A stretch of DNA of 64,000 bases from a virus. Taxonomy: Duplodnaviria > Caudoviricetes. This document shows, piece after piece, positions 11,700 to 23,147 of the stretch; within the stretch, counting starts at the first letter, position 1, and every line of letters begins with the position of its first letter. Both the position numbers and the translations under genes were made by a program. The notes under the pieces are model-generated. The model saw nothing but the letters and a program-made list of their open reading frames with translations, was not told the DNA's origin and did no database searches. The DNA lies in the IMG/VR virus record IMGVR_UViG_3300035520_001075, positions 1 through 64,000 of that record; one strand, 5' to 3'.

Positions 11700-12430
11700 T
11701 GGGTTATTTTGAAGATGTATATTTAAAAAGAATGAATATAGACGGGCATACTCAGCAAGATAGAGTTAAAACAAGAAAGGAAAAAGAATTCGATAGACTT
11801 TTTTTAAAGAAAACAGAATATCAATGTCATCTTTGCTCTGTTAATGGGGAGGATAGAAACGATATTTGTTCTCTTCAACCCAACAGTTGGAATGAATCAA
11901 AGTTAGTAAGTAATCTCTTAATGTCAACTAAAGCCGCACCTCTAAAGACAGGAGATATTTTATAGATAAAACAACGAATTAAGGATAAAGAACAAGATAA
12001 AATTTGGCTTGTATTTTTCGTTGAAGATAATCTTACTAAAGGCTATCAACTTTTTAAGATAATTTGCTTAGATAGTGAGATTAATTTAACTAATGAATAT
12101 GGAGATACAGATATTGTAATTCCAGTTAAATTTGTTAGTGCAACCAGTAGCTTTATTACAGACCAATTTTCAATATCTTAGAGCAATTTGGGTTATAGAG
12201 AGCCTAATGCTAATAGGTCTTTTATTACTGCTGATTTTGATGCTTTGCAAAAAGGAAGATATTTAGAATATCAAGAAAGAGGATGGGAAATTATGGGAAA
12301 AGATACCATTAGTATTCCTAATGTTAGTTATACTTTTATTAGTGAAAAGTTGCTTGTGCCGCCAGAACTAAAAAGTTCAGAGGACATATTGGTTGGCCGC
12401 GATACTAATTTCTTTTTAAACGGTAGGTGA
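11699..12430 (+). CDS. putative head closure/neck protein, ~243 aa
   Basis: TAATG coupling to the previous gene; track ORFs 11693-11965 and 12188-12430 share a frame, separated only by TAG codons. Confidence 0.65.
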
Positions 12431-12434
12431 TATT

Positions 12435-12935
12435 ATGGAATCTAAGGTACGCTATGGTCAAGAGCATGGACCGAATCTCATTAAAATTGCTCATAAACTA
12501 ATTGATAATCAAAATCTTTTGAAATTATTAATAAATACAGATTTAGACCCTTTAAATAAAGAAAAACATCCAGACGTAGTAGACGGTTTGTCATTATTAG
12601 GAAAGAACATTCGTGTTATTCCATTAATTACCGCAGATGAAGAAAATATTACATCAAAAATAGTTTTACTTTATACTAACGGCTCTATAAACAGTAGTAA
12701 TATGGATAATGAAAATATGTCTTTAATGATAAATGTATATTGTCCTTTTAAAGAATGGTAGATTACAGGAAATAATTTAAGACCATTTGCAATAATGTCT
12801 GAAATTAGAAAATCTTTACAAGATAAAAGAATAAATGGCTTGGGAGAAATAAAATATTTAGGTTTTAGTGTTTCAACTTTAACAGAAGAGTTAGGTTGTT
12901 ATTCAATGGAGTTTACAATCAATGCTTTCAGCTAA
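12435..12935 (+). CDS. putative tail completion/neck protein, ~166 aa
   Basis: Read-through of TAG 12759 gives ...CPFKEW(Q)ITGNNLRPFAIMSEI...GLGEI..., ending TAA 12933-12935. Confidence 0.65.
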
Positions 12936-13671
12936 TCAAGTTGAAGAAATAAAACAATAGGCTTATATGGGAGTGCCAAGCTCATTTAGCAATATTTGTA
13001 AAGTATACCCATTAAAATTAAAAGAAATAATTTCAATGGGGACATCCGTCTACCAAGGATATTTAGGTTTATTACTTCTAACAGAAGTTGATATATAGAA
13101 AATTATTAAAGAGAAAATAGGTGAAGAAGTTTCAATTGAAAATATCTATCCATTAGAATATTTAATTCAAAGTGCGGCAATGGATGATAATTTTTTGTTG
13201 GAGCTAAAAAAAGTATTTTCTACTTTTTTAAAAGAGGAAGTACTAATACTTCCAAAAATGAATGCAATAGTAGTTGGAGACTTCAAGAAAAAAAGATTAA
13301 TAACATCTGAAAATTTTGGCGACCTTTAGGACATTCTTCGTATTCAGAATAGAAGAGAAGTAGTAGAAGCTCCGCCAGCAGATGAAACGCCAACGCAACG
13401 AAAAATGAGATTACTCAGAGAAAAGGTTGCCGCCGTCAAGAAAAAATAGGCTGAAAAGAATGGCGAAACTCAAAATTTATCAGATTTACTTGAAATAGCA
13501 GATGTTTTTGGTATTGATAGTGCCAACTGTACTTTGTACTCATTTTACGGTTTGATTCGTAGACATTAGCTCAAAGAAAAATGGGAGCAAGATTTATCTA
13601 TGATTTGTGCTGGTGCAGATGCGAAGAAAATAAAAACTAAATACTGGGGCGAAAGCCTTGATAAAGAATAA
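12922..13671 (+). CDS. hypothetical tail-region protein, ~249 aa, absent from the ORF track
   Basis: ATG 12922 to TAA 13669-13671 with five in-frame TAG and no TAA/TGA; fills the 750-bp gap before the first tail-tube paralog. Confidence 0.75.
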
Positions 13672-13687
13672 GGAGGTTAGTTAAAAT

Positions 13688-16600
13688 ATGGCAACACAGA
13701 ACCTTTTTGATAAATATGGTATTAAGGAAGTCGCTGACGTTACTTTTTATCGTATAGAGAAGAAAGAAGAAACATATGAATCTCAGAGAACCATTACTAT
13801 ATCTTCTATTTTAAAAGGTGCTATGGAACTTCAGACAGTTTATCCTTTAGAAAAAGGAAAAGGTTCAGAAGATGGTTTTGAGGCGTATGTGTTTACAGAT
13901 GCAGAACTCGTAACTGGAACTAACTATGACTGTGATGATGTTCTTGACATTAAAGAAGTTATAACAGGTACTTTTAAGTCTACAGAAAGAATTACAGATA
14001 AGTATATTACTAGCGAAAAGACTCTTAGCGAAATTACAGCAGATGAAGCTTTTGAGTTAGATGAACCAACATATTATGATGCAAAATCTGGTGCAGAAAT
14101 TTCTGACTTAGTTCTTTCAACATATTATGAAGAAATTAAATCAGATAATGCAGTAATTAAGATTAAATATTCTGATGAAGAGATTATTAGCACAACAACA
14201 GACTCAACATCTTCATCTGACTCGGATTTAGATACAGCAGATTTAAGTGATGAGGACGCTACAACAACAAATGAATATTCTTACACTATTACTATTTATG
14301 TTAGTGGTCTCACAGCAGATAGTAAGACTGATAAGACAACAGGTGTTTATGAAGATTCTAATGATTCTAAAGTTCCTGATGCAACAAGAGAAGTTGGTAC
14401 TCATGAATATACTTACGAAGAGCAGGTATTAATGCTTTTTGCTAAGAAACAGAATATTATTAGTAAGACTGGTGTTCGTTATCAGTTTGCTAATGCAGAT
14501 TCTATTTTTGGTGAAATTTCCTTTAATGACAGCTTTGCGGCCGCTCCAAATTCAACAGAAAAAATTGTTGTAATTGGCTTAGATGGCAAATTTACAGAAA
14601 GCACTTATGATGTTTCGGAAGTTATTGAAACAATTAAGAGCCTTACAGAAACATTTGAAGCAAAGGCTTATGACGTAGTTTATAACGACTATGCAGAGCT
14701 TGTTGTTGAAGATGAAATGGGATATTTCAATCCATATTTCCTTGGTAAGGATTATAATAAGAGCACTAAGACAATCAGCCCATTTGTTGCTACTGCAAAG
14801 ATTGGTACAGAAACTGTTAAAGAAAAGTATATGGCTTGGGCAGTTAAAAATGCTGGTGTCGATAGAGCAATTGCTACTGCAGAAATGTGGGGTAATGATG
14901 AACATTATAGCATAAATGATGCTATAGATGCTCTTAAACAGAAGAAAAAGATTATAGATGTTGGCGAAGCAGACGGTGCAGCAGGCATTGAATCAATCTT
15001 CGGCGGCTATAAAGTTGTAGATAGCAATAATGAAAATGGTGCTATTCCTGCAATAGGCAAAGAAGATACAGATTATGCTGCAAAATATATCTATTCTGCA
15101 GAAGGGGTAGACGCTCCATTTGACGTGACAAGCCCTTCTGACAAATATCCACTTGACAACGTTATTGATGCAATTTCTGAAATTGCTTATGACGAAAATG
15201 CAATTGGAAAGGATATTAGAGTTGACGCTGTAAATAGTAAGAATATTACTACAGAAATCCAGTCTAATAGAGCAATCTATGTTAAAGTTGATGGTTCTGT
15301 TGATACAGCCGCTGGTGCTTATATCTATCTTCTTCATAATAAGAATTATAAGAAACTCACTTCTGATTCAGAAGGCGTATTCTCATTTGAAGATAAGAAA
15401 GGCAACACACTTTATTATCAGGACAAAATCTTCAAGGGCATTGAATATCTTGCACTCGTTATAATTGGCAACAAGGGTCTTATCTTTGTTGTAAATAGAC
15501 ATGGCAAGAGTGATACAAAGAAGATTGCTTGGATGATTAATGAAAATGGCTATGTTTCAGACACAAGAACAGCAACACTTGTAAAGAAAGGTCTTATCCA
15601 TACAACAGATATAACTGCAAATGACGAAACATTTGAAGCTACTTGTACAGTTAAGAGCCTCGGTGTTCATAGGGTCACTAAGAAAACAAACCACTATATT
15701 CCAGTTCTCTTCCTTGACACATTAAAGATTTCTACAATTGAACAGACTGCTGAAGAAGTTTATGCTACAGGCGGCCGCGGCAATGCAAATCTTATTGGTT
15801 GGGATTATGGTAAGGAAATCACAGTAAGTCTTGAAGATGCTCTCTTTACTCCTGCTTCAATGAGTGCTATGTTTGGTAGCTACGAAGGTAATGACTTCCG
15901 TAAGGGCGTAAAGGAAACAAAGTCTATTGATAGAATGGAAAAAGTGACTGCCAAGAGAAGCTTCATTGTTCCTGCTGGTAATAGTAATGGAACTCCAACA
16001 GAAGCAGATAAAACAGCACAGGCTGTATTCTATGACCCTAATACAATGGAACCATATGCAGATGGTACTCCGATTGCAGAAGGAGAAATTTTCTACAAGT
16101 TTACTCGTTCTATTGCTTATGACGGACAGTCAATTGGTCATACAATTGAAATCTCAGCAGATAAGTTCCCAGGTACTTATAAGATAGTAGGTGATACTTT
16201 CGTTCGTTCTAAGGAAACTGGTGAAGATGAGAGATTCCAGTTTGTTATCCCTCAGTTTAAGGTTGGTTCAGAAAATACAATTACACTTGAAGCAGATGGA
16301 GACCCAGCGGTAAACAGTCTCAGAGCAAATGCCGCTGTAAAAATTGCTTAATTGCTGGAAACCCCTTAGAGCCAATTAAACTACAACGTAATTTATAATA
16401 AGCGTGAATGTTAAAAAATTAATTGGATTGGGCAATCAGCAGCCAGAATTTAAAATAAATTGGGTTCTGGTTCAACGACTATCGGTGATGAATGTAGCCG
16501 AGTAGATTTAAAAAAAATAAATCGAAATAGCAATCATAGAAATATGAAGATATAGTCTCAACTTTAATGAAAGTTAAAGAGTGATTTAATAAATCACGTA

Positions 16601-16820
16601 AGAAATTTGGTTTGACCTCAACGGAACTGTTCTCCGTCCAGATGATGGCATAATGGTTAAATTTATCCAGTACAATGTTGTTGAAAACGAAGAAGAAAAT
16701 GACGGTTCAACAATGGTTAAGGGTACAGAAAACCTCAACCTTCTTGACGATGCAGAATTATTCAAGGTTAGTGCAGAAGGCACAGACGATGACGTATACA
16801 TCGGAGCAACTGAATATTAA
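13688..16820 (+). CDS. tail-tube-like structural protein paralog 1, spliced (exons 13688-16311 and 16610-16820, ~944 aa)
   Basis: Shares YGIKEVAD, LDTLK, WDYGKEI..LEDAL, FPGTYKIVGDT and LEADGDP motifs with downstream paralogs; splicing gives DPAV|FDLNGTVLRPDDGIM, matching DPTVFSMDVEVARPVSGIM in paralog 2. Confidence 0.8.
16312..16609 (+). mobile_element. group I intron without ORF (298 nt) in tail-tube paralog 1
   Basis: Exon end CAGCGGU pairs with IGS GCCGCUG (16331-16337) with U.G at the splice site; core motifs AATTGCTGGAAA, AATCAGCAGCC, TTCAACGACTA, AAGATATAGTC; terminal G at 16609. Confidence 0.92.
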
Positions 16821-16834
16821 TATAAGCTAAATTG

Positions 16835-16875
16835 AATTGGCTATTGAATTAAATAGTTCAATAGCCAATTTTTTT
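16835..16875 (+). terminator. intrinsic terminator
   Basis: AATTGGCTATTGAA/TTCAATAGCCAATT inverted repeat plus T-run; track ORF 16837 wrongly starts inside it. Confidence 0.75.
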
Positions 16876-16908
16876 AATATAAAAATTTTAAGTGAGGTGA
16901 ACGTATTA

Positions 16909-18873
16909 ATGGGCTTGTTTGAACAGTATGGTATAAAAGAAGTTGCAGACGTGACGATTTATAGTATCCATAAAAAAACAGATGGCTCTGGAGAACTCTA
17001 CTATGTTCCTGCTCTTTACTTAGATACTTTAAAAGTTTCTACTGTAGAGAAAACAGCTGAGAATGTCTGGGCACAAGGCGGCCTTGGCAATTCTAAGCTA
17101 ATTTGTTGGGATTATGGTAAAGAAATTAATCTGACTCTTGAAGATGCACTTTGCACTCCTGCTTCACTTAGTCTTTGTTGGGGCGGCGTACTTAGTTCAG
17201 ATTGGAAAAATGCTGAATTAAGCTATGACAATGGAATTTGCTTTAATAGAAGTCCTGTACAGAAACTATCAAGAATGACAAAATCTTTTTATCCAAGACA
17301 TGACGGAACAAAGGCGACAATTAGCAATTTACTTCCTAAATTAAAAACTGATGCTATTGACAATGCACTTAATGTTCTGAAAATTTCTTCTGTAGTAGAT
17401 GGTACTCGAATTTCTGGAATGGGCATTTGCAATAATCATAACTACCAGTGGAAAATGGCAATTGAATCTGCTGTTCAGTCGATAGCTGTAGTTCCTGATA
17501 GATTTTTTGATATAAAAGGACGTTCTTATCCAATTGATACTGAACGTAAGGTATCAGCTTTAGACTTACCAACATATGATAATTATAAAGATGCAGTTAT
17601 TTATAAGATTAATGATAAAAAAAGATGCTTGCCGCCGCCTATTCCAAAAATTATTTTTGATGAGAATATGGCCGCACAAGGCGAAATAAAAGAAATAGAA
17701 CTTAAATCAATTACTCTTGATGAATCATTAATTACTTTAGGTAAATTTTTATCTGAAAGTGGTTTTAAAATTTATACTGATTTCCATCTTGAGAAGGACG
17801 GCAAAAAGTATTTTGCATTAAGAGGACTTGATACTAAAATATTGGGAGAATATAATGAAGATAAGACTTCTTATGTATTTTCTCTTTCTAATAATTCTGA
17901 ATATCTTTTTGAGGTTGCCGCAGACAGCGACCTTGATAATTCAACAAAATCAACTATAGAATTAAATCTTGAAGTTTTAACAGGAAACTTAATAACATAT
18001 TATGAAAATCATGCAGCAACAGATTTAAAAGAACAGATTGGATTTGATACTATTGGTAGCGTTGATAACGTTAATACTGAATTAGCAATTTCAAAAGCAG
18101 ATTATTTAGCAATTATCGTAGACAATAATAATGAGTATAAGGCATTAGTAGGACAATATGCCAGTGATTCAGAAGATGAACCTTCTGAAACTGTAGTCTG
18201 GTTTAAACCAGCAACAGCAGTAAATGTAAGCCAGTTCAAAGGAATTGATATGTGGCTTAGATTTAAGAGTATGAATGAAATGATTTATTTCTTACTAACA
18301 AAATATGAAGATGATATTCAAGAAATTAATCCTTTAACAATTAAGCCTTTTATCGCCTCTGGTAAAGTCGATAAAGATACTACTATTGAAGAAATAAATG
18401 AAGATAGTGATTCAAAAGCAAAAGAAGGAAAATTATGGGCATATGTTAATCCAAAAACAATGTTGCCTTATGATGATGATTATTGGTTCCATCAAGGAGA
18501 ACCTTACTATATTAAATCATTAACTTTTGCTCCTCATAATCAGAAAATTAAAGGAAAAAGAATTGAAGTTAAGGCTGACCAGTGGCCAGGTATGTACATG
18601 ATTGTAGGCGAAACTTCAATAAGAGAAAGGGAAACAGGCGAAGATGAAAGAGTTCAGCTTAAATTCCCACTTTGTAAAATTAAATCAGACCAATCATTAA
18701 CGCTTGAAGCAGATGGAGACCCAACAGTTTTTTCTATGGATGTTGAAGTTGCAAGACCTGTTAGTGGAATAATGATGGAGATAACTTCTTATGAAGTTGC
18801 TTCTAAAATGATAGATGACGGAGAAGGACACCTTATAATGGTAGACGGCTCTACAGAAGTATTGAGCGAGTAA
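16909..18873 (+). CDS. tail-tube-like structural protein paralog 2
   Basis: RBS GAGGTG, start MGLFEQYGIKEVAD; same N- and C-terminal motifs as paralog 1. Confidence 0.8.
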   Translation: MGLFEQYGIKEVADVTIYSIHKKTDGSGELYYVPALYLDTLKVSTVEKTAENVWAQGGLGNSKLICWDYGKEINLTLEDALCTPASLSLCWGGVLSSDWKNAELSYDNGICFNRSPVQKLSRMTKSFYPRHDGTKATISNLLPKLKTDAIDNALNVLKISSVVDGTRISGMGICNNHNYQWKMAIESAVQSIAVVPDRFFDIKGRSYPIDTERKVSALDLPTYDNYKDAVIYKINDKKRCLPPPIPKIIFDENMAAQGEIKEIELKSITLDESLITLGKFLSESGFKIYTDFHLEKDGKKYFALRGLDTKILGEYNEDKTSYVFSLSNNSEYLFEVAADSDLDNSTKSTIELNLEVLTGNLITYYENHAATDLKEQIGFDTIGSVDNVNTELAISKADYLAIIVDNNNEYKALVGQYASDSEDEPSETVVWFKPATAVNVSQFKGIDMWLRFKSMNEMIYFLLTKYEDDIQEINPLTIKPFIASGKVDKDTTIEEINEDSDSKAKEGKLWAYVNPKTMLPYDDDYWFHQGEPYYIKSLTFAPHNQKIKGKRIEVKADQWPGMYMIVGETSIRERETGEDERVQLKFPLCKIKSDQSLTLEADGDPTVFSMDVEVARPVSGIMMEITSYEVASKMIDDGEGHLIMVDGSTEVLSE

Positions 18874-18892
18874 AAAGGAGGTGCATTAAAGA

Positions 18893-21238
18893 ATGAATAT
18901 TTTTGAGCAATATGGTATTAAGGAAGTTGCTGATTGCACACTTTATGCTATAGAACTTGATAAGAATGATGATGAACTTTATATTCCTGTATTATATTTT
19001 GATACTTTAAAGGTTTCCTCAATTGAGCAGACAGCAGAACAAACTTCTGCAAAGGGCGGCCTTGGTAATCCAGAATTAATTACTTGGGATTATGGTAAAG
19101 AAATTTCAGTATCTTTAGAAGATGCTTTATATAACCCTGCAAGTCAGAGTTTAATGTGGGGTGGCAAATTTGGTACTAAGAATTCTAAAATTCATGGTAT
19201 CTGGAATCCATTCGTTTATAGCACAGATGAAAATGGAAGAACCGAATATTTGAAGAAAGAAGATGTTGTTTACTTAAATTCAACAGAGGCAGGAAAGCTT
19301 GGCTTTCAGACTGGTGGCTATTATGCAATCACCACAAAAAATAAAGTTGATTCTTATGAATTAATGATGCCAGTTAAGGATAACGGCAACTATAGTTCTT
19401 TTAAGGTTTATGTTAAACAAAAAGGAAGTACTGATGATAGTGCTATGACTGATGATAATTCATGGGGCTACACTTTAACTAATGTAAACCTTATTCAAGA
19501 CCCTGATTTAGATTATTATGTTTGGGCAGATGATATGCTTATTAGTCAGATAGAAGACTTGAAAGCTCTGTTTAATACTGCAGATGATTATAGAGCAGAT
19601 TCGACAGAAATTAAATATTGGGATAACTTATTAGAACTTTTAAATAAATACAAAGGATATTGGTTTAAAGCTTCAAATAGTTCATATCGTAGAATTCAAG
19701 GATTCGTAAATACTGGTAATGGAATGAAACTTTATACTTCTTATATTTGCCCATGTACTGGTAAAAAGAAAATTGCCAGATATGTACAGAATGATGGTCA
19801 ATATAAATATCTTAGAGTAAGAACTGCAGATGTTTTACCTAAGAATTCTGATACTGACCAATTAGATGGCGAAATTGCACAGTGCCCTCTTGGTAAAGAT
19901 ATTTATCAAGATTCAGACCCAATTTACGAATACACAGAAGCGGAATTAAAGAAATTAAGATGGAGCTATTATAATGATGACGAAGGCTATCGTCCAGAAC
20001 AAGCTCAGCTTATAATTGATGCTTATGGCGATTTTGAATATAAGACCTATAATTTTGTAGCTAATTCATCTGATTCAACAAAGTGCTTCTACTCAGACAC
20101 CACAGATTCAAGTAATATTTATTGTGATACAAATGCTGATGCCATTTATGGCTATATTTGGAATAACACTGACTTAAAAATGATTTCTTTAGAGGGCGAC
20201 CAAGATATGTACTATCTTAATGATGCCAGCATAAGAATGAGAATTCCAGCAAATGGTAATTCAAGAGAAGTTATGGTTGCAAGAAGAGGACTTTATGAAA
20301 CAGAATATAAATCAGCAACTGATACTTGGGAAAAGTCAGGTGCAGAGGAAATTTTTAATAGAGATTCTTTAACAAGACAGAACACTGCAAATCAGAGCTA
20401 TGGTTGGTTCTTAGAATCTTATGGCTCAAAAATTGATTTTTATATTAATGTAAAGTGGGTAGCCCCAGGTGTTGAAGAAAATGAAGATACAGTTCATATC
20501 GTAAGAGTTAAGGTCGGTACATTCTATATTATTAAAGAATGGAACTTAACTAATGAATCACCGCAGGATTTAATCCATCCAATTAATAGCGGACTTGAAA
20601 ATGTTCATACATTAGAAAGAATGGAAAAATGTAAGGCAAGTCAGACATTCTGTATTAATGCTGATAATAATCTTCGTATGGCAAATTATCGCTATATGGA
20701 AAAATATGCACAGGCAGAAATGACAGTATTCATTGACCCAAGAACAATGAAACCTTATGAGCCAAATGCAACAGAATATTATAGAAAGAATGGACAGGTT
20801 GTTTCTGGTAATTTAAGAGTTATCAAACAGCATGAAGTTTATTATAAATGGACAAGAACAATTGCTCCAGACTACACAACATTAGGATATCAGATTGTTG
20901 TAGATGCAGTTCATTTCCCAGGTACTTATAGACTTGTGGGAGAAACATATTCAAGAAGTAGAAAAGATGGAAAAGACCAACGTTTCCAATTTGAAATTCC
21001 ATTATGTAAAATGAGCAGCGAAACAAGCCTAACACTGGAGGCCGCAGGCGACCCTACTACTTACACTATGAATCTTAAAGTTCTTCGTAGAGACGATGGC
21101 GTAATGATGAAATTAACTCAGTATGACGTTGATACAAAGAAATATGATAGCTATGCAAGTGGAAGCACACAAGTAGTTGCCAGTGATGAGGTGGTTCCTG
21201 AAGACCCAAGTTATTCTAAATTAGTTGGGTCTGACTAA
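18893..21238 (+). CDS. tail-tube-like structural protein paralog 3
   Basis: MNIFEQYGIKEVAD...FDTLK...WDYGKEI...FPGTYRLVGET...LEAAGDP. Confidence 0.8.
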   Translation: MNIFEQYGIKEVADCTLYAIELDKNDDELYIPVLYFDTLKVSSIEQTAEQTSAKGGLGNPELITWDYGKEISVSLEDALYNPASQSLMWGGKFGTKNSKIHGIWNPFVYSTDENGRTEYLKKEDVVYLNSTEAGKLGFQTGGYYAITTKNKVDSYELMMPVKDNGNYSSFKVYVKQKGSTDDSAMTDDNSWGYTLTNVNLIQDPDLDYYVWADDMLISQIEDLKALFNTADDYRADSTEIKYWDNLLELLNKYKGYWFKASNSSYRRIQGFVNTGNGMKLYTSYICPCTGKKKIARYVQNDGQYKYLRVRTADVLPKNSDTDQLDGEIAQCPLGKDIYQDSDPIYEYTEAELKKLRWSYYNDDEGYRPEQAQLIIDAYGDFEYKTYNFVANSSDSTKCFYSDTTDSSNIYCDTNADAIYGYIWNNTDLKMISLEGDQDMYYLNDASIRMRIPANGNSREVMVARRGLYETEYKSATDTWEKSGAEEIFNRDSLTRQNTANQSYGWFLESYGSKIDFYINVKWVAPGVEENEDTVHIVRVKVGTFYIIKEWNLTNESPQDLIHPINSGLENVHTLERMEKCKASQTFCINADNNLRMANYRYMEKYAQAEMTVFIDPRTMKPYEPNATEYYRKNGQVVSGNLRVIKQHEVYYKWTRTIAPDYTTLGYQIVVDAVHFPGTYRLVGETYSRSRKDGKDQRFQFEIPLCKMSSETSLTLEAAGDPTTYTMNLKVLRRDDGVMMKLTQYDVDTKKYDSYASGSTQVVASDEVVPEDPSYSKLVGSD

Positions 21239-21271
21239 GATAAAGATGAAGATATAATTACTTATCAATGG

Positions 21272-21622
21272 GTGAATAGCGGTACAGCAGAAAAAGTCTA
21301 TACTGGAATTAAAATATTAAGTCCAAATAGTTCAGAAACTTATTACTTAGATGAGGAAGGTATAGACCCAACCTATGGCACTGCTCCAATAATTACGCTA
21401 ACAAAAAGTACAGTAGTTCGTAAACAAAACTTATCTATTCAAGTATCTTACACTACTAACCAAAAACAAATTCAATACAAATATATTAATGGAGTTCAAG
21501 ACTCCACTACTGGAAACACTCGAATCGTTAGTCAAGGAACATCAACGGAAATGGTTGACACAAGTAAAATCGCTTTGTCGGCCGCCGATGATAAAATCAT
21601 TTTACAAATTACGGAAGATTAA
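21272..21622 (+). CDS. beta-rich ORF in frame with paralog 3 (separate gene or C-terminal extension)
   Basis: Same frame as 18893-21238 and open directly after its TAA; no clear RBS before GTG 21272. Confidence 0.5.
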   Translation: MNSGTAEKVYTGIKILSPNSSETYYLDEEGIDPTYGTAPIITLTKSTVVRKQNLSIQVSYTTNQKQIQYKYINGVQDSTTGNTRIVSQGTSTEMVDTSKIALSAADDKIILQITED

Positions 21623-21635
21623 AGAGGTGAATTAA

Positions 21636-23045
21636 ATGAATCTATTCCAAAAATATGGTATTAAGGAAGTTGCAGATGTAGTATTCTATACTATAACTAC
21701 TGTTGGAGATGAAGAAATCTACACTCCAGTTTTACTCCTTGATACTTTAAAGGTTTCTACTATAGAAAAGTCAGCAGAGAATGTAAGTGCTGAAGGTGGT
21801 AAAGGTAATAAAAAGTTAATTACTTGGAATTTCGGAAAAGAAATCACTTTAAATCTTGAAGACGCTTTATTCTCTCCTGCATCAATGAGCATGATTTGGG
21901 GCGGCGAACTCCAAGCTAAACTTGCTCCTTATACATCAGCAATTGTTAAAATTAATATAGCAAACAAATATGGACAGCTTCATTATTCTACAAAGGCCTA
22001 TCCTTCTCCTGCTTTAACAGATGAGGAATGGGAAATTGTGTTTAAAGCGGCGACTGAATCAAAGGTTTGGATTGGAGATAATAGCGTTTTAAATACTTCC
22101 AAATATTCTGGTTTAATTTACTGGAAAGAAAATTATGATTCAGATGAGGAATCTATTGAAGAGAATAGAACTAATTTGAGAAAAGGCTATTATAAGAGAT
22201 TATGGCAATCAAGTTCTGATTATACATATAGTGCGTCTTCAACTGATTATGCTATGCCTACTAAAGTTGTTGAGAAGATTATGACTTATATTACTAACAT
22301 AAAGAAAATAGGTTCAATTGAAACAGAAATGTATGATGTTGAAGTTATTGACAGAATGGAAAAATGTATTGTTAGAAATAAGGACGGCTTAACAATCAGC
22401 ACTCAGGAACAAAAGAAAAATTTATTTAAATATTATCAAGATGACCAGACTTCATCTTATACTATTTACTATGATGCAAAGACAATGTTGCCATTATTCA
22501 ACTTAACAGATGATGGCTACATTCAAGGCTGGGAGGCAAACTATCAGAATGATGACCACTATGACCAAGATTTTGATTTAAAAACTGACTCAGACCGTTT
22601 TAAACTTAAACTTGGTACTGTTTACTACAAATGGACAAGAACGGTAAAATATAAGCAGGGCGATGATGATGGAATTCTTGGAAGAACTCTTGTAATTGAT
22701 GCAGAAACTTTTCCAGGTGTTTACAAAATAGTTGGCGAAACTTACATTAGAAATCAGAAGACTGGCAAAGACCAGCGTTATCAGTTCATAATCCATAGAG
22801 CACAAGTTAATTCTGACACAAGCATTACTTTGGAAGCAGAAGGAGACCCAACAACATTCACAATGTCAATTGATGTCTTAACTCCTCCAAATGATATTAT
22901 GATGGAACTTAAACAGTTTGATGTAGATGAAGATACAATTCATGGCGGAACAAGAATAGTTCCTCAGAAGGCTATCTATACTCATACTGCAACACAAACT
23001 GAACTTTTAGATACAGTCGGATTCGACAATCCAGAGATTTATTAA
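21636..23045 (+). CDS. tail-tube-like structural protein paralog 4
   Basis: MNLFQKYGIKEVAD...LDTLK...WNFGKEI...FPGVYKIVGET...LEAEGDP. Confidence 0.8.
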   Translation: MNLFQKYGIKEVADVVFYTITTVGDEEIYTPVLLLDTLKVSTIEKSAENVSAEGGKGNKKLITWNFGKEITLNLEDALFSPASMSMIWGGELQAKLAPYTSAIVKINIANKYGQLHYSTKAYPSPALTDEEWEIVFKAATESKVWIGDNSVLNTSKYSGLIYWKENYDSDEESIEENRTNLRKGYYKRLWQSSSDYTYSASSTDYAMPTKVVEKIMTYITNIKKIGSIETEMYDVEVIDRMEKCIVRNKDGLTISTQEQKKNLFKYYQDDQTSSYTIYYDAKTMLPLFNLTDDGYIQGWEANYQNDDHYDQDFDLKTDSDRFKLKLGTVYYKWTRTVKYKQGDDDGILGRTLVIDAETFPGVYKIVGETYIRNQKTGKDQRYQFIIHRAQVNSDTSITLEAEGDPTTFTMSIDVLTPPNDIMMELKQFDVDEDTIHGGTRIVPQKAIYTHTATQTELLDTVGFDNPEIY

Positions 23046-23052
23046 TCTCGCT

Positions 23053-23089
23053 AAAAATAGGGCGGCCGCTTAGGTCGTCTTATTTTTTT
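23053..23089 (+). terminator. intrinsic terminator
   Basis: AAAAATAGGGCGGCC/GGTCGTCTTATTTTT stem with G.U pairs plus T-run. Confidence 0.7.
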
Positions 23090-23147
23090 AGAATTTAATT
23101 AATAGAATCTTACTTTTTATAGGAATAAGAATAAAGGAGGTGAAGTT

